The position numbers and the translations under genes were made by a program. The notes beneath the pieces were generated by a model. That model worked only from the letters and a program-made list of their open reading frames with translations, was not told the origin of the DNA and ran no database searches. 64,000 nt of DNA from Ottowia sp. (GTDB taxonomy: Bacteria > Pseudomonadota > Gammaproteobacteria > Burkholderiales > Burkholderiaceae_C), in the NCBI GenBank assembly GCA_023228705.1, contig JALOAS010000004.1, positions 1,042 through 65,041 on the forward strand. The letters are read 5' to 3'. Within the stretch, counting starts at the first letter, position 1; each line of letters starts with the position of its first letter. This document shows, piece after piece, positions 1 to 10,337 of this stretch.

Positions 1-593
1 ACCCCGTCATCCCCTTCGTCACCGAGGCGCTGTGGCAGGCGGTGGCGCCGCTGGCCGGCAAGACTGGCGACATGGTTGCCGTGGCCCCCTGGCCCGAGGC
101 CGACACCCGCCGCATCGACGAGGCGGCGGAAGCGGACATGGCCCACCTGAAGGCGCTGGTCACCGCCTGCCGCAACCTGCGCGGCGAGATGAACATCTCC
201 CCCGCGCAGCGCGTGCCACTGTACGTGCTGGGCGACGACGCCTTCATCACGCAGCACCGCGACCTGCTCACCACGCTGGCCAGGCTCGCCGACGTGCAGG
301 TCTTCGCCAGCGACGCAGACTGGGCCCGGGCCGCGCAAAATGCGCCGGTCGCCGTGGTGCGCGACGCGCGGCTCGCGCTGTTTGTCGAAGTCGACGTCGC
401 GGCCGAGCAAAAGCGCCTGCAAAGAGAAGTCGAGCGCCTGCAGCAGCAGCTGGCCAAGGCCAGCAGCAAGCTCGCCAACGAATCCTTCGTTGCCAAGGCG
501 CCACCCCAGGTGGTCGAGCAGGAGCGCCAGCGCGCCGCCGACTTTGGCGCCACCCTTGAAAAGGTCCGGGCGCAGCTGGCCCGCCTGGCCTGA
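1..593 (+). CDS. valS: valyl-tRNA synthetase, C-terminal fragment (5' end outside window)
   Basis: Frame 3 reads [12 protein letters not shown] from nt 3 and runs into ORF 42..593. It ends in the coiled-coil tail ([32 protein letters not shown]) typical of ValS. Confidence 0.8.
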   Translation, partial: PVIPFVTEALWQAVAPLAGKTGDMVAVAPWPEADTRRIDEAAEADMAHLKALVTACRNLRGEMNISPAQRVPLYVLGDDAFITQHRDLLTTLARLADVQVFASDADWARAAQNAPVAVVRDARLALFVEVDVAAEQKRLQREVERLQQQLAKASSKLANESFVAKAPPQVVEQERQRAADFGATLEKVRAQLARLA

Positions 594-628
594 CATCAGC
601 AGCCACACAACCGCAACACAGGCACGCC

Positions 629-1516
629 ATGTCCAACCACAGCCCCGTAGAAATTGCCGTCTTCCCCGTCGCCGGCCTCGGAACGCGCTTCCTGCCCGCC
701 ACCAAGGCCAGCCCCAAGGAAATGCTGCCAGTGGTCGACAAGCCGCTCATCCAGTATGCGGTCGAGGAAGCCTACGCCGCCGGCATCCGCCACATGGTGT
801 TTGTCACCGGCCGCAGCAAGCGCGCCATAGAAGACCACTTTGACACCGCCTACGAACTGGAGAGCGAGCTGCAGGCCGACGGCAAGAATGCGCTGCTTGA
901 CCTGGTCCGCGCGGTGGCGCCCGACGACATGGCATGCAGCTACGTGCGGCAACACCGCTCGCTGGGGCTCGGGCACGCCGTGCTGTGCGCGGCTTCCATC
1001 GTCGGCAACCATCCCTTTGCCGTCCTCCTGGCCGACGACCTGATGGTGGGCCCGGACGGCGGCAAGCCCGTGCTCGCGCAGCTGATCGATGCCTACGCCA
1101 AGCACGGCCGCTCCATCGTGGCCGTGCAGGAAGTCCCCGCCGACCAGGTCAGCCGCTACGGCATCGTTGCGGGCCAGCACCACAGCCCCAAGCTGATCGA
1201 GATCGACCGCATCGTGGAGAAGCCCACGCCCAGGGATGCGCCTTCGCGCATGGGCATTGCGGGCCGCTACGTGCTCACGCCCACCATCTTTGCAGCGCTG
1301 CGGCAGCAACAGCCCGGCGCGGGCGGCGAAATCCAGCTGACCGATGCCATAGAGCGACTCATGGACAGCGAAACCGTTTACGCCTACCAGTACGACGGCA
1401 AGCGCTACGACTGCGGCAGCAAGGACGGCTTCCTGCACGCCACCGTGGAACTGGCGCTGCAGCATCCGGAGCTGGGTGCGGATTTCCGCGGCTGGCTGAA
1501 GACGCTTGCGCTGTAG
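629..1516 (+). CDS. galU: UTP--glucose-1-phosphate uridylyltransferase
   Basis: 295-aa ORF with the N-terminal signature [34 protein letters not shown] and a length typical of GalU. Confidence 0.93.
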   Translation: MSNHSPVEIAVFPVAGLGTRFLPATKASPKEMLPVVDKPLIQYAVEEAYAAGIRHMVFVTGRSKRAIEDHFDTAYELESELQADGKNALLDLVRAVAPDDMACSYVRQHRSLGLGHAVLCAASIVGNHPFAVLLADDLMVGPDGGKPVLAQLIDAYAKHGRSIVAVQEVPADQVSRYGIVAGQHHSPKLIEIDRIVEKPTPRDAPSRMGIAGRYVLTPTIFAALRQQQPGAGGEIQLTDAIERLMDSETVYAYQYDGKRYDCGSKDGFLHATVELALQHPELGADFRGWLKTLAL

Positions 1517-1524
1517 TACGGGTT

Positions 1525-1552
1525 CAAACGGAGCATCATCCGCGTCCGTTTG
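1525..1552 (+). terminator. hairpin downstream of galU (caaacgga-N12-tccgtttg)
   Basis: 8-bp stem beginning 9 nt after the galU stop and followed by a short T run. Weak as an intrinsic terminator. Confidence 0.35.
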
Positions 1553-1622
1553 CGATGCACCGCGGCACCGGATCCACCGCTGCCATCCGCCGCCGGCTTG
1601 CCTGTCCCGACGGGATGATGCC

Positions 1623-1646
1623 GCGCAAGTGCTGCAGCACTTGCGC
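1623..1646. repeat. perfect 24-bp palindrome gcgcaagtgctg/cagcacttgcgc
   Basis: Read directly from the sequence; anchored on the codons of ORF 1506..1691 (AQVLQHLR). Lies in the 583-nt gap between galU and the binding-protein gene. Confidence 0.8.
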
Positions 1647-2099
1647 TACACTGCATCGACATGGGGCCGATTTCGGCAAGCTGAGCGCTGATCCCAGCGC
1701 GCCGATCCTGTTCCAGCTTCCGGACATTTCACTTGCCCCTCGCTGACACGGGCCGTGGTGGCGCAGCGGAGACCCGCTGATCCCCATCGCGTTCCAGCAA
1801 GATCATGTGGTCCTCGGCCCCATGGCGGGCCGCCATCGCACGCCGCAGGCTGCGGCTGCCACGAGCCACGCGCAACAAGACGGACCACCGCGCAGCGGTT
1901 GCGGACCGCGTCCATCCAGCGAGCTGCCGATGATGCAGCTTGGCAAGCGCCAAAAACCTGCATGCCGGCGTCAGCAACAGCTGCAATGAAGCCAGCGTCC
2001 AGTGCACACATTCCATGTGGGCGCCGCGGCCATCCACGCCAGCCCAAGCCGGCAACGCCGTACGCGGTCCCTGGAATTTCCACGCACGGCCGCGCGCTC

Positions 2100-2993
2100 A
2101 TGACATTTTTCAAGCAAGGAAGATTGCCTGTGCCAAAACGATCCATTCTCAAATTCATTGCCAGCGGCACGGCCGCAGCTGCGCTGACGCTGGGCTCGCT
2201 GGGTGCGCATGCCGCATCGGACACCATCCGGCTGGGCTACGTCGAGTGGGACAGCTGCACGGTGGCGACCAACGTGACCAAGGGCGTGCTGGAAGACGCC
2301 GGCTACGACGTCAAGACCATATCCGTGTCCGCAGCGCTCATGTACGAGGGGCTGGCCAACGGGGACCTGGACGCGATCATGTGCGCCTGGCTGCCCACCT
2401 CTCAGGCCGACTACTACGCCAAGACCAGGGACAGGCTGGAGAACCTGGGGCCCAACATGGACGGCGCCCCTCTGGGGCTGGCGGTGCCCGACTACGTGGA
2501 AGCACGGAGCATTCCGGATCTGGTTGAACACGCCGACGACTTCGGCGGCAGGATCATCGGCATAGACCCCGGTGCCGGCATCATGCGGCTCACGCACAAC
2601 GTCATCGATCATTACGAGCTGCCCATGAAGCTGGTGGAAGGCAGCGACGCCACCATGGTCGCCGTGCTGGACGATGCCATCCGGCGCGAGCAGCCCGTCG
2701 TGGTCACTGCATGGGAGCCGCACTGGATGTGGGTCAGCTACAACCTGCGCTTCCTGGATGATCCGGACAACGTGTTCGGCGACCCCAATGAAATCGACAC
2801 GCTGGTGCGCAAGGGCCTGAAGGAGGACGAACCCCGAGCCTACGCGATCCTGGATGCCATCAAGCTCGATGGCGAAGCGCGCGGCACGCTGATGGTCGCT
2901 GACCGCGAAAACGACAACCAGGAAGCCAACGCGCGCCAGTGGATAGAGGACAACCAGGACCTGGTGTCCGAATGGCTGGCAGCCGCGCAGTAA
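2100..2993 (+). CDS. glycine betaine/choline-type ABC transporter substrate-binding protein (OpuAC/ProX family), orphan
   Basis: In-frame ATG at 2100 within ORF 1755..2993. Signal peptide ILKFIASGTAAAALTLGSLGAHAASD is followed by TIRLGYVEWDSCTVATNV...AWLPTSQADYY...IIGIDPGAGIM, typical of the OpuAC fold. Confidence 0.8.
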   Translation: MTFFKQGRLPVPKRSILKFIASGTAAAALTLGSLGAHAASDTIRLGYVEWDSCTVATNVTKGVLEDAGYDVKTISVSAALMYEGLANGDLDAIMCAWLPTSQADYYAKTRDRLENLGPNMDGAPLGLAVPDYVEARSIPDLVEHADDFGGRIIGIDPGAGIMRLTHNVIDHYELPMKLVEGSDATMVAVLDDAIRREQPVVVTAWEPHWMWVSYNLRFLDDPDNVFGDPNEIDTLVRKGLKEDEPRAYAILDAIKLDGEARGTLMVADRENDNQEANARQWIEDNQDLVSEWLAAAQ

Positions 2994-3017
2994 GCGCGCT
3001 CCTCCTTCCCAACGTTG

Positions 3018-3044
3018 AAGGCGGCCTGCATGGCCGCCTTTTTT
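3018..3044 (+). terminator. rho-independent terminator
   Basis: Stem aaggcggcc, loop tgcat, stem ggccgcctt, followed by a T6 run, 25 nt after the binding-protein stop. Confidence 0.75.
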
Positions 3045-3215
3045 GCATCAAGGCAGCACGCTTGATGTCTGCCGGCAGGCCGCGCATTCCGACACCGGCG
3101 TCGAGCTGGTCAACGGGCTGCTGGAACGGTGGTGGTTTTCCGGCTCGCCGCGCGCAGCGCGACTTGCCTTGCCCCGCACAGGCCTGGGCTACCTGCAGTT
3201 TCGTGAGCCCTTGGT

Positions 3216-5096
3216 TCAGCGTGACTCAATGGCCAGGCGCTGCGCAAGCGCCTGGCGCGTATCGGACAGGGCCTGGGGCAAGCGGCTGGCCAGCTGCGCC
3301 AACAACTCGTCGTGCAAGCGCAGCTCCTCGACCCAGCGCTCGGCGTTGAGCGCCGTTGCCTCCGCAAACTGTTTGTCGCTGAAGTCCAGCCCGCTCCAGT
3401 TGATCTCCTCGTACCGCGGCGCGATGCCCAGCGGCGTGGGCTCGCCGGCAGCGCGCCCTTCGATGCGGTCGAGCATCCAGCCCAGCACGCGCATGTTCTC
3501 GCCAAAGCCGGGCCAGATGAAGTTCCCCTGCCCGTCCTTGCGGAACCAGTTGACGCAGTAGATGCGCGGCAGGGTGGCACCCTGCGCGCGCAGCTTCTCG
3601 CCCAGCGCGAGCCAATGGCCAAAGTACGCGCCCATGTGATAGCCGACAAACGGCAGCATGGCAAAGGGGTCGCGCCGCACCACGCCCTGCTTTCCGGTGG
3701 CGGCCGCCGTGGTTTCGCTGCCCATGGTGGCGGCCATGTAAACGCCCTCGGTCCAGTTGCGCGCCTCGGTCACCAGCGGCACGGTGGTCGAGCGGCGGCC
3801 GCCGAAAATGAATGCGTCGATGACGACGCCGTCCGGGTCGTCCCAGGCGGGGTCAAGCACCGGGTTGTTGGTTGCCGCCACGGTGAAGCGCGCGTTGGGG
3901 TGCGCGGCCTTGCGCCCGGCCTGGCCGTCGGCCGGGGTCCAGTCGTTGCCCTGCCAGTCCAGCAGGTGCTCGGGAAGCTGGCCACCGTGGTCCTTTTCCA
4001 TGCCTTCCCACCAGACGTCGCCGTCGTCGGTCAACGCCACGTTGGTGAAGATGACGTCGCGCTGCAGGCTGCGCATGCAGCTGGGGTTGGTGCGCATGTT
4101 GGTGCCGGGCGCGACACCAAAGTAGCCGGCCTCGGGGTTGATGGCGCGCAGCCTCCCGTCGGCCTGCGGCTTGATCCAGGCGATGTCGTCGCCCACGGTC
4201 GTGACCTTCCAGCCTTCAAAACCCTTTGGCGGCACCAGCATGGAGAAGTTGGTCTTGCCGCAGGCGCTGGGAAACGCGGCGGCAACGTGGTATTTCTTGC
4301 CTGCCGGGTTGGTCACGCCCAGCACCAGCATGTGCTCGGCCAGCCAGCCCTCGTCGCGCCCCATGGTGGAAGCAATGCGCAGCGCAAGGCACTTCTTGCC
4401 CAGCAACGCGTTGCCCCCATAGCCCGATCCGAAGCTCCAGATCTCGCGCGTCTCCGGGTAGTGGACGATGTACTTGTTGGCCGGGTTGCAGGGCCAGGTT
4501 GCGTCTTCTTGACCAGGCGCCAGCGGTACGCCCACGCTGTGTACGCAGGGAACGAAATCGCCCTGCTCGCCCAGCATGTCCAGCGCCGCCCTGCCCATGC
4601 GGGTCATCAGCCGCATGTTGACCGCCACGTACGCGCTGTCGGACAGCTCGACGCCCAGGTGCGCGATGGGGCTGCCCAGCGGTCCCATGCTGAACGGGAT
4701 GACGTACAGCGTGCGGCCGCGCATGCAGCCGTCAAACAGCGGCTGCAGCTTGGCGCGCATCTGGTCGGGTGCCATCCAGTTGTTGGTGGGGCCGGCGTCT
4801 TCTTCCGTTTCGCTGCAGATGAAGGTGCGGCCCTCGACCCGCGCCACGTCGGAGGGGTCCGACCAGGCCAGGTACGAATTGGGCCGCTTGGCGGGGTTCA
4901 GCCGCCTGAACGTGCCCGCGTCAACAAGCTGCTGGCACAGACGATCGTATTCAGCTTGGCTGCCGTCGCACCAGTGGATACGGTCGGGCTTGCACAGGGC
5001 GGCCATCTCGCCCACCCAGGCGACCAGCCCGGCGTGCCTGACGTAGTCCGGGACGTTCAGCTCGCTGATCTGCTCCGGCGCACACGCTGTGTTCAT
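3216..5096 (-). CDS. pckG: phosphoenolpyruvate carboxykinase (GTP)
   Basis: Start at [19 protein letters not shown] (ATG at 5096) within ORF 3216..5291, giving 626 aa. GTP-PEPCK signatures are present: [13 protein letters not shown] and [15 protein letters not shown]. Confidence 0.93.
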   Translation of the reverse strand: MNTACAPEQISELNVPDYVRHAGLVAWVGEMAALCKPDRIHWCDGSQAEYDRLCQQLVDAGTFRRLNPAKRPNSYLAWSDPSDVARVEGRTFICSETEEDAGPTNNWMAPDQMRAKLQPLFDGCMRGRTLYVIPFSMGPLGSPIAHLGVELSDSAYVAVNMRLMTRMGRAALDMLGEQGDFVPCVHSVGVPLAPGQEDATWPCNPANKYIVHYPETREIWSFGSGYGGNALLGKKCLALRIASTMGRDEGWLAEHMLVLGVTNPAGKKYHVAAAFPSACGKTNFSMLVPPKGFEGWKVTTVGDDIAWIKPQADGRLRAINPEAGYFGVAPGTNMRTNPSCMRSLQRDVIFTNVALTDDGDVWWEGMEKDHGGQLPEHLLDWQGNDWTPADGQAGRKAAHPNARFTVAATNNPVLDPAWDDPDGVVIDAFIFGGRRSTTVPLVTEARNWTEGVYMAATMGSETTAAATGKQGVVRRDPFAMLPFVGYHMGAYFGHWLALGEKLRAQGATLPRIYCVNWFRKDGQGNFIWPGFGENMRVLGWMLDRIEGRAAGEPTPLGIAPRYEEINWSGLDFSDKQFAEATALNAERWVEELRLHDELLAQLASRLPQALSDTRQALAQRLAIESR

Positions 5097-5333
5097 TGGA
5101 GACCTCCGGTTCCGGTTCGGTTCATGACAATCATCTTTCCAAAGGCGGCAGGCAGCCTTTGGAAAAACGACTTGAGCCCGCCGTCGGGGAAGCGCCAGAC
5201 CTGGTCCCCCACGGCAGCACGCCCCGGAACAGGGCGCCGACGCGCACAAGGGAATGTATTCTAGAGGTCCGACTGCAGCCATGGCCAACACCGAGCGTCT
5301 GTACGGCGCTTGGTGGCCCTTCGCGCACGCCGT

Positions 5334-7571
5334 TCATGGCGCAGGCAGCCGGTGCAGCACCCGCTCGGCGTCGGCGCGCAGGTTCAGCGCCAGCGCCCTG
5401 GCCAGGTTGAGCCGGCGCAACAACCAGGGCGTGGAATCCTGCAGGAACAGGTCGGGCAGGTCTTCGGGCATGGCGCGAAACATGTCCTTGTCTGGCGGGG
5501 TCTCGCGCAAGTATGGCAGGCTGCTGCTGGGCTGCTCCAGGTCCAGCACCGCGGTGATGGCGTCCACGGCCCGCGTCAGCGGCTCGATGACGACGTGCAG
5601 CTGCAGCTTGTCACGGCGCAGCAGCAGCATGGACTGGATGGCGCTGAGCTGCCCCAGCAGCTCGTAGCCGCTGGCCTGGAACTTCTCCAGCGCGGCCAGC
5701 GGCGGCCGCACGCTGCGCGGCTCGGCCAGCCCGCGGCCGGTGGCCTGCACCAGCGCGGACAGCGCGTCGTAGGCTTCGCGCCGGGCCAGGCGCCACGTCA
5801 GCTCCGGCTGGCCGGTGATTTCCGCCTGCTCGGCCAGCGTGAGCGACTGCCCGGCATGGCGTGCCATGGCGCGGCAGACCCGGTGCACCAGCGGCCGGAT
5901 CGCGTGGCGCTCCCACGACGGCAGCACGTACGAAAAGAGCCAGGCGATGCCCGTGCCCAGCAGCGTATCGCCCACGCGCTCTGCAAAAGCAGACAGCGGG
6001 CTGCCGCCCCCTGCGTAAAGCATGTCGGCCAGGATGAGCGCAAGCACCGATCCCGCAACCGCCGTGACGACGTAGCGCCGCAGGACAAAGGCATGCGCCA
6101 CCCCCTGCGCAACAACGACGACGAGCAGCAGCAGCGCCGCAGGCAGCTGCCCCGCCAGCAGGACGGCGGCCATGAGGCTGCCCAGCACCGTACCCAGCAC
6201 GCGCGCGTTGCGCCGCTGCAGCGTTTGCGCCAGGCTGCCCCGAAGCACGACGACGATGGTCAGAAGCACCCAATAGTCCCGCGATCCCCAGGGCAGCAGC
6301 CTGGCCACGACATAGCCCGTGCCTATGGCCAGCGCGGCGCGCACGGCATGGCGCAGCGCCGGCTGGCGCCAGTGCCACAAGCGCAGCAGCGGCTGCAGCG
6401 ACCAGTACGAGGGACTGACAAAGAGCCGCCAGCCAGCGCGCACGGTACGCAGGTCCGGCGCCCGCTCGCGCCGCGCGACGGCGGTGAGATCGGCGATGGT
6501 GCCATCCAGATAGCCCAGCCGCGTTGCCATGCTGCGAACCAGCGCCGCATGGCGCATGAGTTCCAGGTCGTCGGTTTGTGCGCTTGCGCCTGCCCGCGCC
6601 GCGCTCACGTGCCGATCCAGCGCCCCCCGCTGGCTGCGCCGCGCCGGTGGCCTGCGGCCCAGCAGCAGGCTGTCGGCAACGGCATCCACGTCAGCAGCCA
6701 GCCGGTGCAAGATGGCAGCAAACTCGCGCAGCACCGGGCGCGTCTGCTCCGGCACGCCGCTCTCCAGCTCAAGCTCGCTGGCGATGAGCTGGTCGCGCAT
6801 CTCCAGCGCGAGCATGAGCAGGCCGGCCAGGCGCTGCCGCCGGGCCGTGCGCGGACGCTCCAGGATGATGTTGCGCGCGGTCTGCATCTGGTCGGCCAGC
6901 GCCGCCTGCAACTGCAGCAGCTGCTCCAGGGTGGCCGGATCCTGCGCCGCCGCAACGGTTGGGCCGGCGCTGGGCGTCACGCGCCTGGCATGGACCCGCA
7001 GCAGGCTGGCCAGGTCCACGAGCAGGTTGGCCAGAAGCTGCGCACGAAAACGCCCGTTGAGCAGCATGTTGGCCATCGTGCCGTACGTCACGTACCCGGC
7101 CGCGCCCATGGCGCACCACAGCGTTCGCAGCAGGGCCTCGCTGCTGCTGGCCGCTGGCTGCGGCGCCATGGCCAGCAGCATGGCAAACATGATCGCGGCG
7201 GCGGTGGGCATGCCGCGCGGCCCCCAGGCCGTGGCCAGGAACGCGACAAAGCTGCCGGCCACGAGCACCAGCCCCAGCGCCAGCGGATCGCCGCGCAGCA
7301 ACTGCACCACCAGGAACAGGGGAACCCCGACCAGCGGGCCGGCGACAAGATGGTTGATCTTGCCGCGCCGCGGATGGATGCCATCCGAGAGCAACGCAAT
7401 GATCGCGCCCACGCTGCAATTGATGGCAGCGTAGGAGCCCAGGAACACATAGGCCGACGCCGCGACCAGCAGCAGGCCCAGCGCCACCGCCGCGCCGTTG
7501 AGCACGTGCGCGCTCAGGACGCCGCGCCAGAATGGCCGGAACCAGCGTGAGGGTGCGCCTGTTGTCTCCAT
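5334..7571 (-). CDS. FUSC/YccS-YhfK family integral membrane protein
   Basis: 745-aa ORF with two hydrophobic multi-helix blocks separated by long soluble helical regions. This is the architecture of the fusaric-acid-resistance-like family. Family call is by recognition only. Confidence 0.65.
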   Translation of the reverse strand: METTGAPSRWFRPFWRGVLSAHVLNGAAVALGLLLVAASAYVFLGSYAAINCSVGAIIALLSDGIHPRRGKINHLVAGPLVGVPLFLVVQLLRGDPLALGLVLVAGSFVAFLATAWGPRGMPTAAAIMFAMLLAMAPQPAASSSEALLRTLWCAMGAAGYVTYGTMANMLLNGRFRAQLLANLLVDLASLLRVHARRVTPSAGPTVAAAQDPATLEQLLQLQAALADQMQTARNIILERPRTARRQRLAGLLMLALEMRDQLIASELELESGVPEQTRPVLREFAAILHRLAADVDAVADSLLLGRRPPARRSQRGALDRHVSAARAGASAQTDDLELMRHAALVRSMATRLGYLDGTIADLTAVARRERAPDLRTVRAGWRLFVSPSYWSLQPLLRLWHWRQPALRHAVRAALAIGTGYVVARLLPWGSRDYWVLLTIVVVLRGSLAQTLQRRNARVLGTVLGSLMAAVLLAGQLPAALLLLVVVVAQGVAHAFVLRRYVVTAVAGSVLALILADMLYAGGGSPLSAFAERVGDTLLGTGIAWLFSYVLPSWERHAIRPLVHRVCRAMARHAGQSLTLAEQAEITGQPELTWRLARREAYDALSALVQATGRGLAEPRSVRPPLAALEKFQASGYELLGQLSAIQSMLLLRRDKLQLHVVIEPLTRAVDAITAVLDLEQPSSSLPYLRETPPDKDMFRAMPEDLPDLFLQDSTPWLLRRLNLARALALNLRADAERVLHRLPAP

Positions 7572-7887
7572 GGTTTGGGGTCAGTGTACCGACGGAGGGG
7601 CCGCGGCAAGAGTCAGGCGGTGACGAACCCCGCTTTCATCCAGCAATCCGGCCCCCACGTTGTTGCGAGCTTCGTCAGGCCGGCATTTTCACGCCGCGTG
7701 AACAGGGGCTCATGTAATATGTCCTGCGCCGCTCCTGAGCCAGAAAAGCCTGCGCAACACGGGGGTCGAAAAGGCTGTGGCCCCTTCTGCGCCGGCCGTG
7801 CCCAACAGGGTCTGGCGCGCATGCGGATGCCGCGCCGGCCCGGCTTTCAGGGCGACGGTTTGTGGCGTTTCATCGACCATTTTCAGC

Positions 7888-9339
7888 ATGCCTGCTTCTG
7901 CACACCAGGACGACGCCATCACGGCGCTTGGCGCCTGCGCGCTGTCGGACGCCATCCACGCCCGCCGCATGTCCTGCCACGAGGTCATGCAGGCCTACCT
8001 GGAGCGCATCCACCGGTTGAACCCCAGGTACCAGGCGCTGGTCTCGCTGCGCCCCGACACGGAACTGCTGGCCGAGGCGCGCGCCTGCGACGCCGAGCTG
8101 GCGCGCGGCCAGCCGCGCGGCTGGATGCACGGCATGCCACAGGCGATCAAGGACCTGGCCGACGCCAGGGGCCTGCCCACCTCCGCCGGCTCACCCCTTG
8201 TCCAGGGCACGCTGCCGCAGCACGACGGGCTCATGGTCGCCCGCATGCGCGCGACAGGCTGCATCGTGATCGGCAAGACCAACGTGCCCGAGTTCGGCCT
8301 GGGCTCGCACACGTTCAACGCCGTGTTCGGCACCACCGCCAACGCCTACGACGACAGCAAGTCAGCCGGAGGCAGCAGCGGGGGCGCAGCCGCTGCCCTG
8401 GCGCTGCGGCTGCTGCCGGTGGCCGATGGCTCGGACTTCATGGGCAGCCTGCGCAACCCGGCGGCCTGGGCCAACTGCTTTGGCTTGCGGCCCAGCCAGG
8501 GCCGCGTGCCGCTGGAGCCGGCGCGCGACGCCTGGATCAGCCAGCTTGGCACCGAAGGCCCCATGGGGCGCAGCGTGCGCGACGTGGCGCAACTGCTTGG
8601 CACGCAGGCCGGCTACTCGCGTCATTCGCCGTTGTCGCTGGGCTCTTCCTTCAACGTTGCCGCCGCCACCCACGCTGCCGACCTCAAGCGCCTGCGCGTG
8701 GGCTGGCTGGGCAACCTGGACGGACACCTGGCCACGGAACCGGGCATCCTGGAGGCATGCGAGGACGCGCTGCACCGCCTTGAATCCGAAGGCGCGCTGG
8801 TCGAGCCCGCGCAACTGGCCATGGACGCCGAGCGCGTGTGGCGCGCCTGGCTGACCTGGCGCCAGGTGCTGGTCGGCGCCAGGCTGCGCCCGCTGCTGGC
8901 GCGCGAGGAAAACCGCAAGCTCATGAAGCCGGAGGCGCTGTGGGAATACGATCAGGGCCGCGATTGCAGCGCCGCAGACCTCATGGAGGCCAGCGTCGTG
9001 CGCACCGAGTTTCACGCCGCCATGCTCGGCTTGTTCCAGCGCTTTGACCTGCTTGCGCTGCCCACGGCGCAGGTCTGGCCCTTTGACAAGGCACGGCGCT
9101 GGCCCGACGCCATAGGCGAGCGCGCCATGGACACGTACCACCGCTGGATGGAAACGGTCATCTACGCGACCTTCGGCGGGCTGCCCTGCGCCAGCGTGCC
9201 GGCCGGGTTCAACGCCGCCGGCCTGCCCACGGGAATGCAACTCATCGGCCCGCCACGCGCCGACGCAGCCGTGCTCCAGGCCGCTGCGACCTACGAGGCG
9301 CTCATTGCCGACCTGCTTGCCGCAACTCCGCCGGATTGA
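7888..9339 (+). CDS. amidase (amidase-signature family)
   Basis: Start at MPASAHQDDAITALGA within ORF 7777..9339. Amidase-signature stretch GGSSGGAAAALALRLLPVADGSDFMGSLRNPAAW is present. Confidence 0.85.
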   Translation: MPASAHQDDAITALGACALSDAIHARRMSCHEVMQAYLERIHRLNPRYQALVSLRPDTELLAEARACDAELARGQPRGWMHGMPQAIKDLADARGLPTSAGSPLVQGTLPQHDGLMVARMRATGCIVIGKTNVPEFGLGSHTFNAVFGTTANAYDDSKSAGGSSGGAAAALALRLLPVADGSDFMGSLRNPAAWANCFGLRPSQGRVPLEPARDAWISQLGTEGPMGRSVRDVAQLLGTQAGYSRHSPLSLGSSFNVAAATHAADLKRLRVGWLGNLDGHLATEPGILEACEDALHRLESEGALVEPAQLAMDAERVWRAWLTWRQVLVGARLRPLLAREENRKLMKPEALWEYDQGRDCSAADLMEASVVRTEFHAAMLGLFQRFDLLALPTAQVWPFDKARRWPDAIGERAMDTYHRWMETVIYATFGGLPCASVPAGFNAAGLPTGMQLIGPPRADAAVLQAAATYEALIADLLAATPPD

Positions 9340-9415
9340 GCCAGCCTTGTTGCTGGTGGCAGTAAACACCTGCAGCGCCGGCCCAGGAAAGGGCCCGATC
9401 TGCGCCCCTGCTTCT

Positions 9416-10252
9416 TCAGGACGCACCGGCCGGCTCCTGCAGGAAAACCAGCTCGTCGCCGTCGTGGCGCGCGCGCAGGACGGAAGCCGTGGTGCTGCCG
9501 GGGAGCTGGAACTCGAGCTCGAGCCGGTCGCCCTCAAGCCGCGCCTCAAATGACCGGGCCTCGCGGCCATCGACCCGGATGCGGCCCTTGAGCATCTGGT
9601 GGTCCTGCTCCAGCTCCAGCTCGTGCAGGTGGCCCTGTTCGTCATGCCATTCCCAGGAGCCGGCCACCTGCGCCGGCACGATCCACATGTAGATGTTGGC
9701 GTTGCCGCACTTGACGTGCGCATCCGGCGTCCAGTCGCCCATGCCAAACGCGTGCGAGACGATGCGCGTGCCCGGACGCAGTTCCTGCTGCAGCCTGGGG
9801 CGCAACTCCAGGTTGACGCTGTCCAGCAGGTACAGGCAGACCACGGTCGCGTCGCTGAAATCGGCTTCAAGCAGGTTGCCCTCCCTGAAATCGACCATGT
9901 GCTCGACGCGGCTGTTGCCCGCGTACTCCATGGCTTCGGCAATGCGCATGGGGTCCAGGTCTATGCCGACTGCGCGCGCGCCTCTTTGCATGGCGGCGGC
10001 CACAACGATACGGCCGTCGCCGCAACCCAGGTCGTACACGATGTCGTCCCCGTCTACGGCGGCCAGGTCCAGCATGGCGCGGATGACCCGGTCCTCGGTC
10101 GGGACAAAGGGAATGTCCAGGAAGAGATCGGGTGGTGGGTCGACGCCGTAATCGGCCAGCTCATGGTCGTCGAGCAGGCGCTCGGGGTCCTGGTCGCCGT
10201 CGAGCCCGTGGGGCCAGTTGCGCCATTCGTCGTCGTTGAAACGGTTGTCCAT
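9416..10252 (-). CDS. class I SAM-dependent methyltransferase with extra C-terminal domain
   Basis: Start at MDNRFNDDEW within ORF 9416..10489. Motif I is IVYDLGCGDGRIVVAAA. About 90 C-terminal residues lie beyond the Rossmann fold. Confidence 0.75.
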   Translation of the reverse strand: MDNRFNDDEWRNWPHGLDGDQDPERLLDDHELADYGVDPPPDLFLDIPFVPTEDRVIRAMLDLAAVDGDDIVYDLGCGDGRIVVAAAMQRGARAVGIDLDPMRIAEAMEYAGNSRVEHMVDFREGNLLEADFSDATVVCLYLLDSVNLELRPRLQQELRPGTRIVSHAFGMGDWTPDAHVKCGNANIYMWIVPAQVAGSWEWHDEQGHLHELELEQDHQMLKGRIRVDGREARSFEARLEGDRLELEFQLPGSTTASVLRARHDGDELVFLQEPAGAS

Positions 10253-10337
10253 GACTTCCTCTGCCCGATCCGGCAGCCTGTCCGGACCGGAAAAATCCCG
10301 CCAGCGGAGCTTCTTCAGCCATGCCAAGCGGGCGTGC

